From an uncultured Bdellovibrio sp. (GTDB taxonomy: Bacteria; Bdellovibrionota; Bdellovibrionia; Bdellovibrionales; Bdellovibrionaceae): a stretch of 64,000 nucleotides of DNA. The notes beneath the pieces were generated by a model. It had not been told where the DNA came from and did not search any database. It was given only the letters and a program-made list of their open reading frames with translations. Below are positions 30,988 to 41,395 of the stretch, in pieces (the first letter of the stretch is position 1; each line of letters opens with the position of its first letter). The stretch is from assembly GCA_963932905.1 (NCBI GenBank), contig CAWVRN010000002.1, positions 64,001 to 128,000 of the forward strand. Direction: 5' to 3'. The position numbers and the translations under genes are program-made.

Positions 30988-31170
30988 ATCGTTATCTCCC
31001 TTACCTACGATAAAAGATCGGCGCATTTGTCAATATTATGACTCAATTAATCTTGAGATAATTCGCACCATCTTGGAACACGGAAGTTGCCTTCGTTTGT
31101 TCGGCTCATAGTGAGACAAATTAAAGTCTAAATTTTGAAAACACGCCGTCCTATATTATTCTAGACCTTA

Positions 31171-31803
31171 GTGGGGTGTGATTTGAAACCGAATACTATC
31201 GCGAAAGTTATTTTGCTTTCGTTTTCCAGCGTAATTTTAGTTGGAACTTTTCAAAACTGCGCGCAGGCAACTGGATCGGCGGCATTTACGCCATCGACAT
31301 CTGGTTCTAGCGTTGATCTAAACCCTACCTCTAACTCAATGGATAAAGTCGACAACGTTGATTTAAGTACTGCTGATTATATTGATATTTCGTTACGTTC
31401 TTTGTACGCGGAGAATGAAATTCAGAGAAAATCATCACGTGATTCACAAAATTTAAAAATTAATCTATCTAACGGTGAAATGCGCTACGTGGATGTTGAA
31501 GGTAGGGTAGTGAATCCCACTCGCCTGTGCCTGAATCGACAGGAGCTTGAAGAATTTAAAGCTATTTTACAAAGCGTGCGTGTTTGTCAGCCTAACGTGA
31601 CTTCGAACCGTGAAGATATAGTGTGTACTCAGATTTATAAATATCCGTTTGCTTCTGTTGAATACGCAAGTGGTAGCAAAGTTAAGTTAGGCGAAGTCGC
31701 GGGTTGTACGCGCAGTCCAGATTTATGTGACGAACACAAAGATGTATTTAATGGCTTTGTGGCTTATTTAAGAAATCATTTAGATAATCGTAAGTGTCTA
31801 TAA
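31171..31803 (+). CDS. Hypothetical lipoprotein (FQNC lipobox, Cys-rich C-terminus)
   Basis: Hydrophobic stretch followed by TFQNC; several Cys, including VCTQIY. Confidence 0.7.
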   Translation: MGCDLKPNTIAKVILLSFSSVILVGTFQNCAQATGSAAFTPSTSGSSVDLNPTSNSMDKVDNVDLSTADYIDISLRSLYAENEIQRKSSRDSQNLKINLSNGEMRYVDVEGRVVNPTRLCLNRQELEEFKAILQSVRVCQPNVTSNREDIVCTQIYKYPFASVEYASGSKVKLGEVAGCTRSPDLCDEHKDVFNGFVAYLRNHLDNRKCL

Positions 31804-31899
31804 GGGTATAAGTTGTTGAAACCTAGATTGGGTTTCATAAGACAATTAGAAAGATTCCGCCAATATTGGGTTTATCTTTTGCTAAAATATTAAACAAAC

Positions 31900-33120
31900 T
31901 CACTTGGGAATTTCGGAAATTCCGTGCAGGACTTTTTCTAGTGTTTCCGAGGCGACCCAAATGTCGGCCGCTCCGAATTTTTTTTTCTCCTCTTCGCAGC
32001 GAGGACGTAAACTTTCATGCAGCTTTGAACAGTCATTTCCAAAATGAGTTCTTATCAGATACTCGCATTGGTTTGTGTTAGGATTTTTTTTTCTAGCGAC
32101 AATTAAAGACTTATGGTCTGTCTGCATGGACGAAGAACTGTTCTTGCATAACCATTTTTGATCACCAGTGGACGGTTTACCATCAAACAAAAATCCATAG
32201 CAAAAGTCGATTCCTATCGGAAGACCTTCGTTTCGGTTCAGTATCTTGTCTATCTGATTCAAGAGTTCTTTTTTAGATACAATCTGACTAGAATTTAGTT
32301 TTGGACAATCCGTGTGGGTATTTTCGACAGTTTCGTTGAACTGCGGAGTTCTGAATTCATTGCACTGAAAGTCATCTAAAGATTTATTTTCTAGATGTGC
32401 ATTCAAATCGGCACTTCCTGTAAAAGAATTTTTGTCCGACGCATAACTGTGGCAGCGAGGTGCCACCAGGTTATTATAGGCAGTAGCTAGAGATAGACTT
32501 TCTGGATGTTTTTCTAAAAAGTGACTGAGGTTTCTGGTTTTATCCACACCCATAAATTTTCTATTTGGTTCAGTAAGCTTCCAAGACATGTACCCAGTTT
32601 TGTTTTTTATTTTAGACGTCGCAAGGTCCCTGCTGAGATCAAAAATGAAGGCTTCGAACTCGGTGATTCCCAATCGGTGAATTGATGAACATTGATCACG
32701 GCTGACATTCTGGCTAGAATCCACATCGGGAAAATACATCTGATCACTGGAATCTATATAAGTATCTTTAACGGCACAGACTTTTTTCAATTGTCCGATA
32801 TGCTTGATAAGACCGCAGGGAGTTAGGCACGTCAGACCGTTGGCTATAGCGGAGTTCATAGTGACAGTTGGGCTCGCGAGATTTTTTGCGCCCCATTTCG
32901 CTAACTTCGCATTCAGGAGCTGAGTGCCAGTGAATGCCCAACAATAGTCGGTATTTTGCTGATTGAAGTTGTGTATTTTTTCTAAAGAACCACCAGGTAA
33001 ACGTAAATCAACCGAACTACAATGCTCATCAGAGCCCCAGGCAACTAAATGAGGAAGAAGTAAAACGTAGATGATGGTAGTTAGAACTAATAGTCTACAA
33101 TTGAACGGAATCAACGACAT
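31900..33120 (-). CDS. Secreted papain-like (C1-type) cysteine protease homologue
   Basis: SVDLR, NQQNTDYCWAFT, DHKSLIV, CEYLIRTHFG (aligns with the usual YLIRNSWG). Confidence 0.6.
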   Translation of the reverse strand: MSLIPFNCRLLVLTTIIYVLLLPHLVAWGSDEHCSSVDLRLPGGSLEKIHNFNQQNTDYCWAFTGTQLLNAKLAKWGAKNLASPTVTMNSAIANGLTCLTPCGLIKHIGQLKKVCAVKDTYIDSSDQMYFPDVDSSQNVSRDQCSSIHRLGITEFEAFIFDLSRDLATSKIKNKTGYMSWKLTEPNRKFMGVDKTRNLSHFLEKHPESLSLATAYNNLVAPRCHSYASDKNSFTGSADLNAHLENKSLDDFQCNEFRTPQFNETVENTHTDCPKLNSSQIVSKKELLNQIDKILNRNEGLPIGIDFCYGFLFDGKPSTGDQKWLCKNSSSSMQTDHKSLIVARKKNPNTNQCEYLIRTHFGNDCSKLHESLRPRCEEEKKKFGAADIWVASETLEKVLHGISEIPK

Positions 33121-33341
33121 TTTTAGTAGTTTAATTCAAACCAACTCAATTCACAAATATTGAGAAAACGACAAGGCTTTAGGCCGAGCCCGGCTGCGCT
33201 TTTTGTTAGACGTGTCAACTTATACGACAGATGAGATTTTGATTGAAGAATAAGGTTCAGAAAAAAAGGCCCAAGTAATGCAGAGTTCACCGAGGGAAAT
33301 ATTTTTAGAAAGCTAAAATATACTTAAAAAAGGAGATTTCT

Positions 33342-34055
33342 ATGAAGGCCATATTTTCGATCATTTTGTTATCTAGTGTGCTTACTCAAGCAAGTCCCGA
33401 TCAAAAAACAAATTTGAAAGATATTAAGTTGATGTGGACACAGTCTTTTGTTTTGGAAGGATGTAGTATTGAACTTCCTCAAAACTGTGTTTCGACTAAA
33501 GGGGTTAGTGTAAATCCAGTTGTGGCCGACTATGTACAGAAGCACAGTGAAGAACTTTCGCCCGTTTTAGCCGAATTGAAGCGATTGGACCTTGCCCAAA
33601 AAAACTCTATCACGGATCTTAACCGCACTGGTGATAGTCAAAAGTATCTAGATGACAGCCGTAAGATCCAAGAAGCCCACAGATCAAAAATTAAACCTTA
33701 TTTAAACGTAATTCCGCAGTTTTATTACAGTCAAATTGCGTTTGAAAGCTACTTTTATGAATATCCCGATTTCGTAATGAGCAAAAATTCGCTTTTTGAT
33801 TGCAGTGACACTCGCAAATTTTGCATCGTTGAAGATGAGAACAAGCAGCTTCATTTGCGAACCTTTGTCCAATTCAAAGGTAACGCTAATAATGGTTATA
33901 AACCCCAGTTGATGGTCGCGGAAGATATAGCTATGTCGTGTACTATTCTTGATAATAGCGTTTATGTGGCAGGACTTAAAATCTATGATCGTCAAAAAAT
34001 TCAATGTGGGTTAGCTGCAAACCGAGGCCAGCTAAACTTTATTGTTGCTAAGTAG
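33342..34055 (+). CDS. Hypothetical secreted protein
   Basis: AGGAG RBS, signal peptide MKAIFSIILLSSVLTQA. Confidence 0.7.
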   Translation: MKAIFSIILLSSVLTQASPDQKTNLKDIKLMWTQSFVLEGCSIELPQNCVSTKGVSVNPVVADYVQKHSEELSPVLAELKRLDLAQKNSITDLNRTGDSQKYLDDSRKIQEAHRSKIKPYLNVIPQFYYSQIAFESYFYEYPDFVMSKNSLFDCSDTRKFCIVEDENKQLHLRTFVQFKGNANNGYKPQLMVAEDIAMSCTILDNSVYVAGLKIYDRQKIQCGLAANRGQLNFIVAK

Positions 34056-34306
34056 TGTTTTTCGTCGGTCTTCGAATTGAAATTTAGCAAGTATTTGAGC
34101 TGAGGGATAGTCGGAGTGCCGATTTCAGCGGGTCAAGGTAGATTTGACCGTAGCCCGCACAGAGCAGCAGGTGATAAGTATTATGCCTACACAGCAACTT
34201 ATCTGACACGGTTGGAAGTAGAAAGCCTGTCTAAGGCTTCAAATGTGAAAATATAAGTCCTAACTTTGTGCTGTTGCCTCATTAGAATTTGCAATGTGAC
34301 AAGGCA

Positions 34307-35116
34307 TTAGTCTTTTTCGATAGATGTTCTCATTAGTGATTTAACATGATTTTTTCGTTGGCTACCCCCGACAAGAGACTTGAGCTGATCATGCAAGCTG
34401 GAGTCATTAACAAGTGCGCCCAACGTGCCTTCACCACGATCAATTTTTCCTAGGATACTATTTAGCTTATCGATGGAAGCCTTCATTTGGACTGATGGTG
34501 ATTTGCCGTCCGAGAAATCAGAAACGATTTTCAATGATTTTTCACTGATGATTTTGAAATCACGGCTGGCCTGGCTCATGTTCGCCACCATTGTACCAAT
34601 ATGGTTCTCATGGTTTAGCGTCTTAGTCAGTTTGTAGACTTCATTAATAATATCAAAAATCTTTTCTGTTTCTTTTCCGCGTTCAGAGATCACGTTCAGA
34701 ATATCCGTTGATTTTGCGATCGGTAGAGTAGCACCATCTTGAACGGCTTCCGAGCGTGGGTCACCGGGAATGATATAGATAAATTTATCACCCAGGGCGC
34801 CTTGTGTACGGATTTCTACTTCCGATCCCTTGAATACACGTTGTAGGTATTCATTTTCGATTTTCATATTTACGCGTAGTAAGTTTTTCTCTTTGACGAA
34901 ATCAATCGATTCAATATTACCAATTACAACTCCTGACAACGACACAACGCTACCGCGAGCTAAACCTTGTACGTTTTCAAAATCAGCATAGAGATGAGTA
35001 AAATTTGAAAACAGAGCTTTGTTTGCACCCAACATAAAGATACTGGCCATTGTTATAACTATACCCAACACCAGGAAAATGCCGACTTTGATTTGGTTTT
35101 TTAAAGTGGTTTCCAT
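34307..35116 (-). CDS. mlaD: MlaD/MCE-family protein
   Basis: N-terminal TM, VQGLARGSVVSLSGVVIG, TQGALGDKFIYI, GEGTLGAL. Confidence 0.9.
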   Translation of the reverse strand: METTLKNQIKVGIFLVLGIVITMASIFMLGANKALFSNFTHLYADFENVQGLARGSVVSLSGVVIGNIESIDFVKEKNLLRVNMKIENEYLQRVFKGSEVEIRTQGALGDKFIYIIPGDPRSEAVQDGATLPIAKSTDILNVISERGKETEKIFDIINEVYKLTKTLNHENHIGTMVANMSQASRDFKIISEKSLKIVSDFSDGKSPSVQMKASIDKLNSILGKIDRGEGTLGALVNDSSLHDQLKSLVGGSQRKNHVKSLMRTSIEKD

Positions 35117-35118
35117 TT

Positions 35119-35841
35119 TTAGCCTTCTCCATCAATAAATTTTTTAACAATTCCGCTTTTATCGTGTTGAATTTCATTCAGAGAACCTTCAAACGCGATT
35201 TTGCCATCTAATATGAATGACATTTTATCACACACCGCAAATGCCGTCGGCATATCGTGTGTAACCAGGATAGACGTGATGCCAGTGGCCTTCAGTTTTA
35301 GAATATGCTCTTGAATTTTGCGTGTATTATAAGGATCTAATCCTGCCGTCGGCTCGTCATAAAGAATCCATTTTGGTTGCATCATCAGCGCGCGTGCTAG
35401 GCCTACGCGTTTTTGCATACCTCCGGATAAGTTGGCTGGGTATAAAGTTTCTGCTTTAGGCAAGCCGAATTCACCCAGTTGATCTGAAATCATTTTTTTT
35501 ATCTCGGCTTCTGTTTTATTTGTATGTTCACGTAGCGGGTAGGCCAGGTTTTCATACACCGTCATCGAATCAAAAAGAGCGCCGCCCTGAAATACATAGG
35601 CTACCTTCTTGCGAATTTCGACAAGGTCATTTTCTTTGTAACGAGTGATTTCTTCACCATCGATCAAGATTTCACCGCTGTCAGGTTTTTCTAAACCGAT
35701 TAGACTGCGCAAGATAACACTCTTACCAACTCCCGAGCCGCCAATTAGGCCCATGCATTCGCCTTTCTTCACAGAAAAGGTAATGCCTTTGTGGACTTCT
35801 TTTGAACCAAACGATTTTCGAAAATTTTTAACTTCGATCAT
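35119..35841 (-). CDS. mlaF: MlaF-like ABC transporter ATP-binding protein
   Basis: GGSGVGKS, FQGGALFDSMTV, LSGGMQKRVGLARA, YDEPTAGLDP. Confidence 0.92.
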   Translation of the reverse strand: MIEVKNFRKSFGSKEVHKGITFSVKKGECMGLIGGSGVGKSVILRSLIGLEKPDSGEILIDGEEITRYKENDLVEIRKKVAYVFQGGALFDSMTVYENLAYPLREHTNKTEAEIKKMISDQLGEFGLPKAETLYPANLSGGMQKRVGLARALMMQPKWILYDEPTAGLDPYNTRKIQEHILKLKATGITSILVTHDMPTAFAVCDKMSFILDGKIAFEGSLNEIQHDKSGIVKKFIDGEG

Positions 35842-36635
35842 GTTAGTCTTTCCACGATCCAGAACAATTTAGATAAAAAGAAGTTTCCAACAAGTACCAG
35901 TATAGACGATACAACAACGGCTTTCGTTGTCGCCATGCCAACTTCTTTTGTTCCATTTTTAACGGTTAAACCGAAGTAGCAAGAAGGGATAGCGATACAA
36001 AGTGCAAACACGAAGCTTTTTAAGAAACCAGAGAAATAATCCATCAGCGTAACTGTTTGGATAATTTTTAAAACATAGAAATTAGGATCTAATTTTAATT
36101 CAGAATAACCAACTAGTAAGGCACCAAAATTACTGACTACATTCGCAATAGCCACAAGCAGCGGTAGTGATATGAATGTGGCAATGACCCGTGGGATAAC
36201 TATCGTTTTTAATGGCGACGTTCCCAGTGCGCGAATGGCATCGATTTGCTGAGTAACGACCATACTGCCAATTTCCGAAGCGAAGCCGGCGCCCACGCGG
36301 GCAGCCACCATCAAGGATGTAAACACAGGACCCATTTCGCGTAGAACGATAAGTGATACAAGCTTAGGCACATACATCTTGCCACCAAATTTTTCTAGTC
36401 CTAGACCAAACTGAAGTGACATAACCATGCCAGTACTGATTGCGGTCACAACGATCAATGGCAACGAGCGGTTGCCAACTTGAAAAACCTGTTCCATTAC
36501 CAGTTTCCAGTAGATCTTCCCTTTAATCGTATCACGTATAAGTTGCAGAGTAAGAACGCCGATTCCGCCAAAAAATTTCAGAATTTCAATGATGAACAGA
36601 TATAATGGGGTAGATGCGATTAATGCGTGGATCAT
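35838..36635 (-). CDS. mlaE: MlaE-family permease
   Basis: REMGPVFTSLMVAARVG, EIGSMVVTQQIDA, VGMATTKAVV. Confidence 0.92.
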   Translation of the reverse strand: MIHALIASTPLYLFIIEILKFFGGIGVLTLQLIRDTIKGKIYWKLVMEQVFQVGNRSLPLIVVTAISTGMVMSLQFGLGLEKFGGKMYVPKLVSLIVLREMGPVFTSLMVAARVGAGFASEIGSMVVTQQIDAIRALGTSPLKTIVIPRVIATFISLPLLVAIANVVSNFGALLVGYSELKLDPNFYVLKIIQTVTLMDYFSGFLKSFVFALCIAIPSCYFGLTVKNGTKEVGMATTKAVVVSSILVLVGNFFLSKLFWIVERLT

Positions 36636-37126
36636 GGTGCCCTAAAGTTTTCAGTGAACCGTTTGAATTCTGCGCTTTCGCTATCAAAACGTTCAGCCAT
36701 TCCACCGTAGATTAGATTGTAACTGCATGCATTTTTTTTGAATGAAACCACGTTCAATTTTACTTTGACTCCGTCGATCAGACCTTCGCCGATAGTTATT
36801 CTAGCCGTACGCTGATTGTAGGGAACTTCCTCGCGACTTTTTATTTCTAGTTTTTCCAAACCAGACAATGCATCCTGTTCCAACTGATCGAGTGAAGGAT
36901 CTTGGTTGGGAGAGCAATCAGAAATGTATGAAATTACGTTGTTTGTTTTGCTAGAAATCCACGCCTTGTCACCTGTCTTAGATTTCAAATCTGAAAACGG
37001 GCTAGAGGGTGCTTTAAATTCAAGATTCTTAGCTGGTTGAGGATCTTTGGAAACCCCAATAGTGATGCATGAATTAAGCAAAAAGATAAAAGGAAATAAT
37101 AGAAAAATGCGGTGGGTGGTTTTCAT
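36632..37126 (-). CDS. Lipoprotein heading the mlaEFD operon
   Basis: Lipobox LNSC; ATGA overlap with mlaE. Confidence 0.7.
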   Translation of the reverse strand: MKTTHRIFLLFPFIFLLNSCITIGVSKDPQPAKNLEFKAPSSPFSDLKSKTGDKAWISSKTNNVISYISDCSPNQDPSLDQLEQDALSGLEKLEIKSREEVPYNQRTARITIGEGLIDGVKVKLNVVSFKKNACSYNLIYGGMAERFDSESAEFKRFTENFRAP

Positions 37127-37135
37127 ACAGGGTTC

Positions 37136-37162
37136 TTTTCGGTAGCTCTAGTTAAATTTTAA
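37136..37162 (-). promoter_or_regulatory. Possible sigma28-type promoter
   Basis: TTAA-N15-ACCGAAAA just upstream of the lipoprotein-mla operon. Confidence 0.3.
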
Positions 37163-37270
37163 ATGTCAAAAAGTAAAACTCGACCGTCAGTAATCTGTCA
37201 GTCCAGGATTACCAATTTCGATTAATTCTTTATGGGATATTTTTTCCTATACCTTTGATGTGAAGTCCAG

Positions 37271-37286
37271 TGGCATTCAATGTGCA
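37271..37286 (+). promoter_or_regulatory. Putative sigma54 promoter at the head of the TPR/flagellar cluster
   Basis: TGGCATTCAATGTGCA (GG-N10-GC). Confidence 0.6.
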
Positions 37287-37325
37287 TTTTAAGATTTTAA
37301 CTAGAAAACTAAGCGGGCAGTGTAA

Positions 37326-40121
37326 ATGAGAAAAAATAAAAAAATGTTTTATATTATTGTTACTTTTTTATTTTCAAGTATTGCATTTTCAGATCAAAAT
37401 TTAACTCCCGTAAACTCGCGTATTTCCTACCAAGACGAAACGATCCATTTGGAATTCTCAGGACGTAAGGACTGGGATTATAACGTAGAAAAGAAAGAAA
37501 AAAAGGGTGGCAGCGCCGTTGAAATCACTTTGGATTCATTGGACCAAAAGAGTTTGGCCGATATCAAAAACTTCAAAGCAGACTGGGTTAAAAAAGTAAT
37601 CATCGATGCGAATGGACCAGATGGTAAAACTAAGATCACTTTAGATTTAGCGACTGATTTAGATGTATTTGATTATCTGATGGAATCACCGTCACGTTTA
37701 GTAGTGGATTTGTTTCCAAATTCTAAAAAAGCAAAATCGACTAAAGACAATAAAGATGCGGAAAAACCAGTTGCTGGTGAGAAAGCCAAAGATAAACAGC
37801 CAGCTAAACAAGCAGCGGCTAAAGAAACTAAAGCAGGAACTCGAAATCCGGCAACAGCTGATTTTTTAGAAATTGAAAAGTCGGGGTTGATGTCAATTTC
37901 AGATAAGAAATCGTTTGAAAACAAATTGGCTGGAATTTTTGATGGAGCGGATCCGTTCTATGATCGCTTTTCATTAAAAGATTATGAAATCAAAGATGCG
38001 TCGATTATTAAAAGTAAAGAAAACTACTATATCCCGTTTCCTAATCATATTTTGCCAGTGGCCGACTGGGCACGTATCAAAAATGCAGAAACATTATTTG
38101 AAATCATGCCGAACGATGAAAAGGACAACAAACACGCACGTCTATTGCAAACACTTTTCAAAAATGAACGCGATCAAGTTTTCCTAAAAACGTATGATTG
38201 GTTCATGGAAAAATATCCTGCGTCTGAATATAAAGATATCGTTCAGAACATGAGCATCCAAGTTCATTTACGTTTGTGGCAGAACGAAAAAAATACGAAT
38301 CATTATGATCTAGCCATGCAAAAAATGAAAGATGTTGTTCAGAAAACTCCGGAACATGCGATGGCTGAAAAGTATTCTTTAATGCTTGGAGTTTTAGCCT
38401 ATGAAAAGAAAGACTATTTTAATTCTCTTCGTTCATTTCAGAACCACACTAAAAACGCTTTGTGGAATAAAAAGGGTTCGTTTTCTAATGATTTAGCTCA
38501 GCTAGGTATGGCTTTAAGTTTTCAGAATATGAATCAGTTTGAAGAGGCCGTTAAAGTTTACGATGAACTTCAAAAGAATTCTATTTTTGAAGAAATGAAG
38601 GCTGAAGCTGCGTATCGTAAGGGCGATGTAAAGCTAGCCGAACGCAATTATGATAAAGCCGTTCAAATGTACACTGAGGCAATAACTAAGGTTCCGGGAT
38701 TCCAAAACAATTTTCCAAATGCATATTACAACAAAGCCCAGTCATTGTTTCTGCAAGATAAATACAGGGACAGTTTAGATGCCTATCGCGAATTTATTAA
38801 AAAGTTTCCGCAGGATAAATTAACTCCATTCGCAATGACTCGCGTTGGTGAGTTACTTGACATAATGGGCGCTGACAAAAATAAAGTGTTAGGCGCTTAT
38901 CTAGAAACCTATTTCCGTAATGGCGACAATCCATCGGCGATTGTAGCTAGACTTAGAATTTTGTCCTCTAAAATGAAAGGCATGAAGCCGAAAGAAGTGG
39001 CTTCTACCGTAAATGAAATTCTTGAGTTAGCTAAAAAATCAGATTTGCCGGGTATTGATTCATTTTCGAAAGTTTTAATTTCTGAAGGCTATGGCGATCG
39101 TCAAGATTATGATGAAGCTTTAAAACTGTTAATTGATCACTATCGCAAAAATCCTACAACGGTCGATAGAGAACTATTTACGAAACGTATTTTTTCAAAC
39201 ATCTATTCGAAAATCGCAAAACAGGTTAAGGAAAATAATTACTTAGATGCGCTTAAAATATACACAGAGCATTACGATACGTGGTTAAAAAATTCGAATC
39301 GTTTGGATATCAAGTACCAGATAGGTAAAGCTTATGAGCAAGGCGGCGTATATAAGCCGGCGATTAACTACTACACTGAAGTGTTAAACAAATTCCTAGC
39401 TGTTAAAGGCACGGAAACGGGCAAGGCTCTGTTAATCAAAGAAGACATGCCTTCGGAATCTGAATTGTATTTACGTTTGGCAAATGCAGAAAGCCAAAAC
39501 AAGAACTATTCTAAAGCTTTGGATTACTTAAAGTTGATCAAGGCGACAGATACATTAACAGAAAAAGAGCAAATTGAAAGAATCGTCCTTGCGTCTGATT
39601 TAAATGATAGAAAGGGTGATGTCGATCGTGCGATTCTATACTTAACTGAACTTTTGAAATATTGGAAAGGTCAACCGGAACATGTCGCTGAACCATACTT
39701 TATTCTAAGTCAGTACGAGCAAAAGAAAGGCATGAAGAAAGAAGCGATCGAATCACTTAAGCGTGTAGACACACTGATGACTGACACTGGTCTTGTCGAT
39801 AAAAATCTTCATAAGAAAAGTTTAGAACAAATTGCAAAAATTTATGATTCTGAAAACGACTTCGCCCAAGCGATTATTTGGTACGATAAATTGTTAACTC
39901 AATATGAACCAACGACACCGTTAGCTTCAGTTAGATTCCGTTTAGGAAAACTATATTTCGACCGTGGTCAGTTGCAAAAAGCACAAGATGTCTGGGGCCA
40001 GTTTAAAGGCCAAGAATCCGAGTCATGGAAGAAAATGGCTCAGGAGCAAGTTAGTTCAAACGAATGGAAATCAGACTACAAAAAATATTTAGATCGCATA
40101 CCTGCTATGGAAAAGAATTAA
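37326..40121 (+). CDS. Large periplasmic TPR-repeat protein upstream of the flagellar genes
   Basis: Signal peptide; multiple TPR-like units (AEAAYRKGD, AYYNKAQS, RFRLGKLYF). Confidence 0.8.
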   Translation: MRKNKKMFYIIVTFLFSSIAFSDQNLTPVNSRISYQDETIHLEFSGRKDWDYNVEKKEKKGGSAVEITLDSLDQKSLADIKNFKADWVKKVIIDANGPDGKTKITLDLATDLDVFDYLMESPSRLVVDLFPNSKKAKSTKDNKDAEKPVAGEKAKDKQPAKQAAAKETKAGTRNPATADFLEIEKSGLMSISDKKSFENKLAGIFDGADPFYDRFSLKDYEIKDASIIKSKENYYIPFPNHILPVADWARIKNAETLFEIMPNDEKDNKHARLLQTLFKNERDQVFLKTYDWFMEKYPASEYKDIVQNMSIQVHLRLWQNEKNTNHYDLAMQKMKDVVQKTPEHAMAEKYSLMLGVLAYEKKDYFNSLRSFQNHTKNALWNKKGSFSNDLAQLGMALSFQNMNQFEEAVKVYDELQKNSIFEEMKAEAAYRKGDVKLAERNYDKAVQMYTEAITKVPGFQNNFPNAYYNKAQSLFLQDKYRDSLDAYREFIKKFPQDKLTPFAMTRVGELLDIMGADKNKVLGAYLETYFRNGDNPSAIVARLRILSSKMKGMKPKEVASTVNEILELAKKSDLPGIDSFSKVLISEGYGDRQDYDEALKLLIDHYRKNPTTVDRELFTKRIFSNIYSKIAKQVKENNYLDALKIYTEHYDTWLKNSNRLDIKYQIGKAYEQGGVYKPAINYYTEVLNKFLAVKGTETGKALLIKEDMPSESELYLRLANAESQNKNYSKALDYLKLIKATDTLTEKEQIERIVLASDLNDRKGDVDRAILYLTELLKYWKGQPEHVAEPYFILSQYEQKKGMKKEAIESLKRVDTLMTDTGLVDKNLHKKSLEQIAKIYDSENDFAQAIIWYDKLLTQYEPTTPLASVRFRLGKLYFDRGQLQKAQDVWGQFKGQESESWKKMAQEQVSSNEWKSDYKKYLDRIPAMEKN

Positions 40122-40125
40122 GGAG

Positions 40126-40992
40126 ATGATAATGAATACAGTTGATCTTTTTGGCATGAAATACAAATCAGAAACCTACTTAAGCTTGCAAAAGCTAGTT
40201 CAGTCTATTTTGCCGATTGAATCTAATATCAATATTCATGGATCGCAAGGAACCGGAAAATCAACATGGGCCCAAGTTATTTTGGAAAAGTCGGGTTTGG
40301 CAGAGGCTTACTGTAAAATTGATGTAAAAGAAATCGAGGAAGAAAAGTTTAAAGCGGAATTGGAGTCGTCTAAACATAGACACATTCTTTTAGAAAACGT
40401 AGACTATCTTCATAAAGAAAATCAAGCAGTGTTGGCTCAGTATATCCAAACTCGTTCGCTGCAAGTAAAACCAGTAGTAATTACAACGTCTAAACGCAGT
40501 TTGAGTGATTTGGCTCGTGAGGGCCTACTAAGACAGGATCTGTATTATAAGTTGTCAGTATTTACTATCGGATTACCTGATTTAAAGCAGGTAAAAGAAG
40601 ACATTAGAACTTTTGCTGAATACTATTTGAGAGTTTTTTCTATTAACTATAAGCGCCCCCAGTTGAGTCTATCTAACGAAGCTCTAGTGCGACTAGAGTC
40701 CTTTTTCTGGGTAGGTAATATATTAGAGCTGGAAAACGTTGTAGAGCGAGCCGTGTTGTTGTGTGAAGGCGAAGTTATCAGTGACAAGCATATCCGTTTT
40801 GATGAGTTCCAAAAGTACAACTCATTAGATTTAAGTTTGGGTATGTCGTTATCCGAAGTTGAGCGTCGTTTGATTCTGCAAACTTTAGAGCACACACAGA
40901 ACAACCGCACGAAAGCCGCTCATATTCTTGGTATTAGCATCCGAACTCTTAGAAATAAGATTAACGAATATAGAGAGGCAGGCTTAATATGA
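40126..40992 (+). CDS. Atypical sigma54-activator (bEBP) homologue: AAA+-like domain plus Fis HTH, no GAFTGA
   Basis: GSQGTGKS, LRQDLYYKL, WVGNILELENVVERA, NRTKAAHILGISIRTLRNKI. Confidence 0.8.
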   Translation: MIMNTVDLFGMKYKSETYLSLQKLVQSILPIESNINIHGSQGTGKSTWAQVILEKSGLAEAYCKIDVKEIEEEKFKAELESSKHRHILLENVDYLHKENQAVLAQYIQTRSLQVKPVVITTSKRSLSDLAREGLLRQDLYYKLSVFTIGLPDLKQVKEDIRTFAEYYLRVFSINYKRPQLSLSNEALVRLESFFWVGNILELENVVERAVLLCEGEVISDKHIRFDEFQKYNSLDLSLGMSLSEVERRLILQTLEHTQNNRTKAAHILGISIRTLRNKINEYREAGLI

Positions 40993-41393
40993 GTCTATTT
41001 GATAAAACAACCTCCGCGTTGCAGACGTCATTAAACATGCGTCAGTTGCGCCACAATATCACGTCATCGAATATCGCCAATGCGGAAACTCCGGGGTACA
41101 AAGCACAGAAACTAGATTTCGAAGAAGCACTAGCACGATCAATCGACTTGGATGGTCTCCGCGGCATGAGCACAACGGATGAAAATCATTATGCCGTTGG
41201 TGGAAAAACGGCCTCTGTCAGACCTGATATCTATGCAAACCCTGAGGGTGCGGTGAATAACGATGGTAACTCGGTGGATTTAGAGAAAGAAATGTCGGCG
41301 TTGTCAGAGAATGCGATTTTGTACAAAACGGCTCTACAACTAATTAACAAAAAAATGGCCGCGCTGAAATATGCAGCTTCGGAAGGTAGATAG
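40989..41393 (+). CDS. flgB: Flagellar basal-body rod protein FlgB
   Basis: SNIANAETPGYKA, NDGNSVDLEKEM. Confidence 0.95.
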   Translation: MSLFDKTTSALQTSLNMRQLRHNITSSNIANAETPGYKAQKLDFEEALARSIDLDGLRGMSTTDENHYAVGGKTASVRPDIYANPEGAVNNDGNSVDLEKEMSALSENAILYKTALQLINKKMAALKYAASEGR

Positions 41394-41395
41394 AC

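Noticed and set aside
34056..34306. Possible ncRNA or c-di-GMP riboswitch in the 250-bp gap between convergent genes
   Set aside because: Only short hairpins are present (e.g. GGTCAA...TTGACC), no complete recognisable motif, and the region is not 5' of any gene. An Rfam search is needed.
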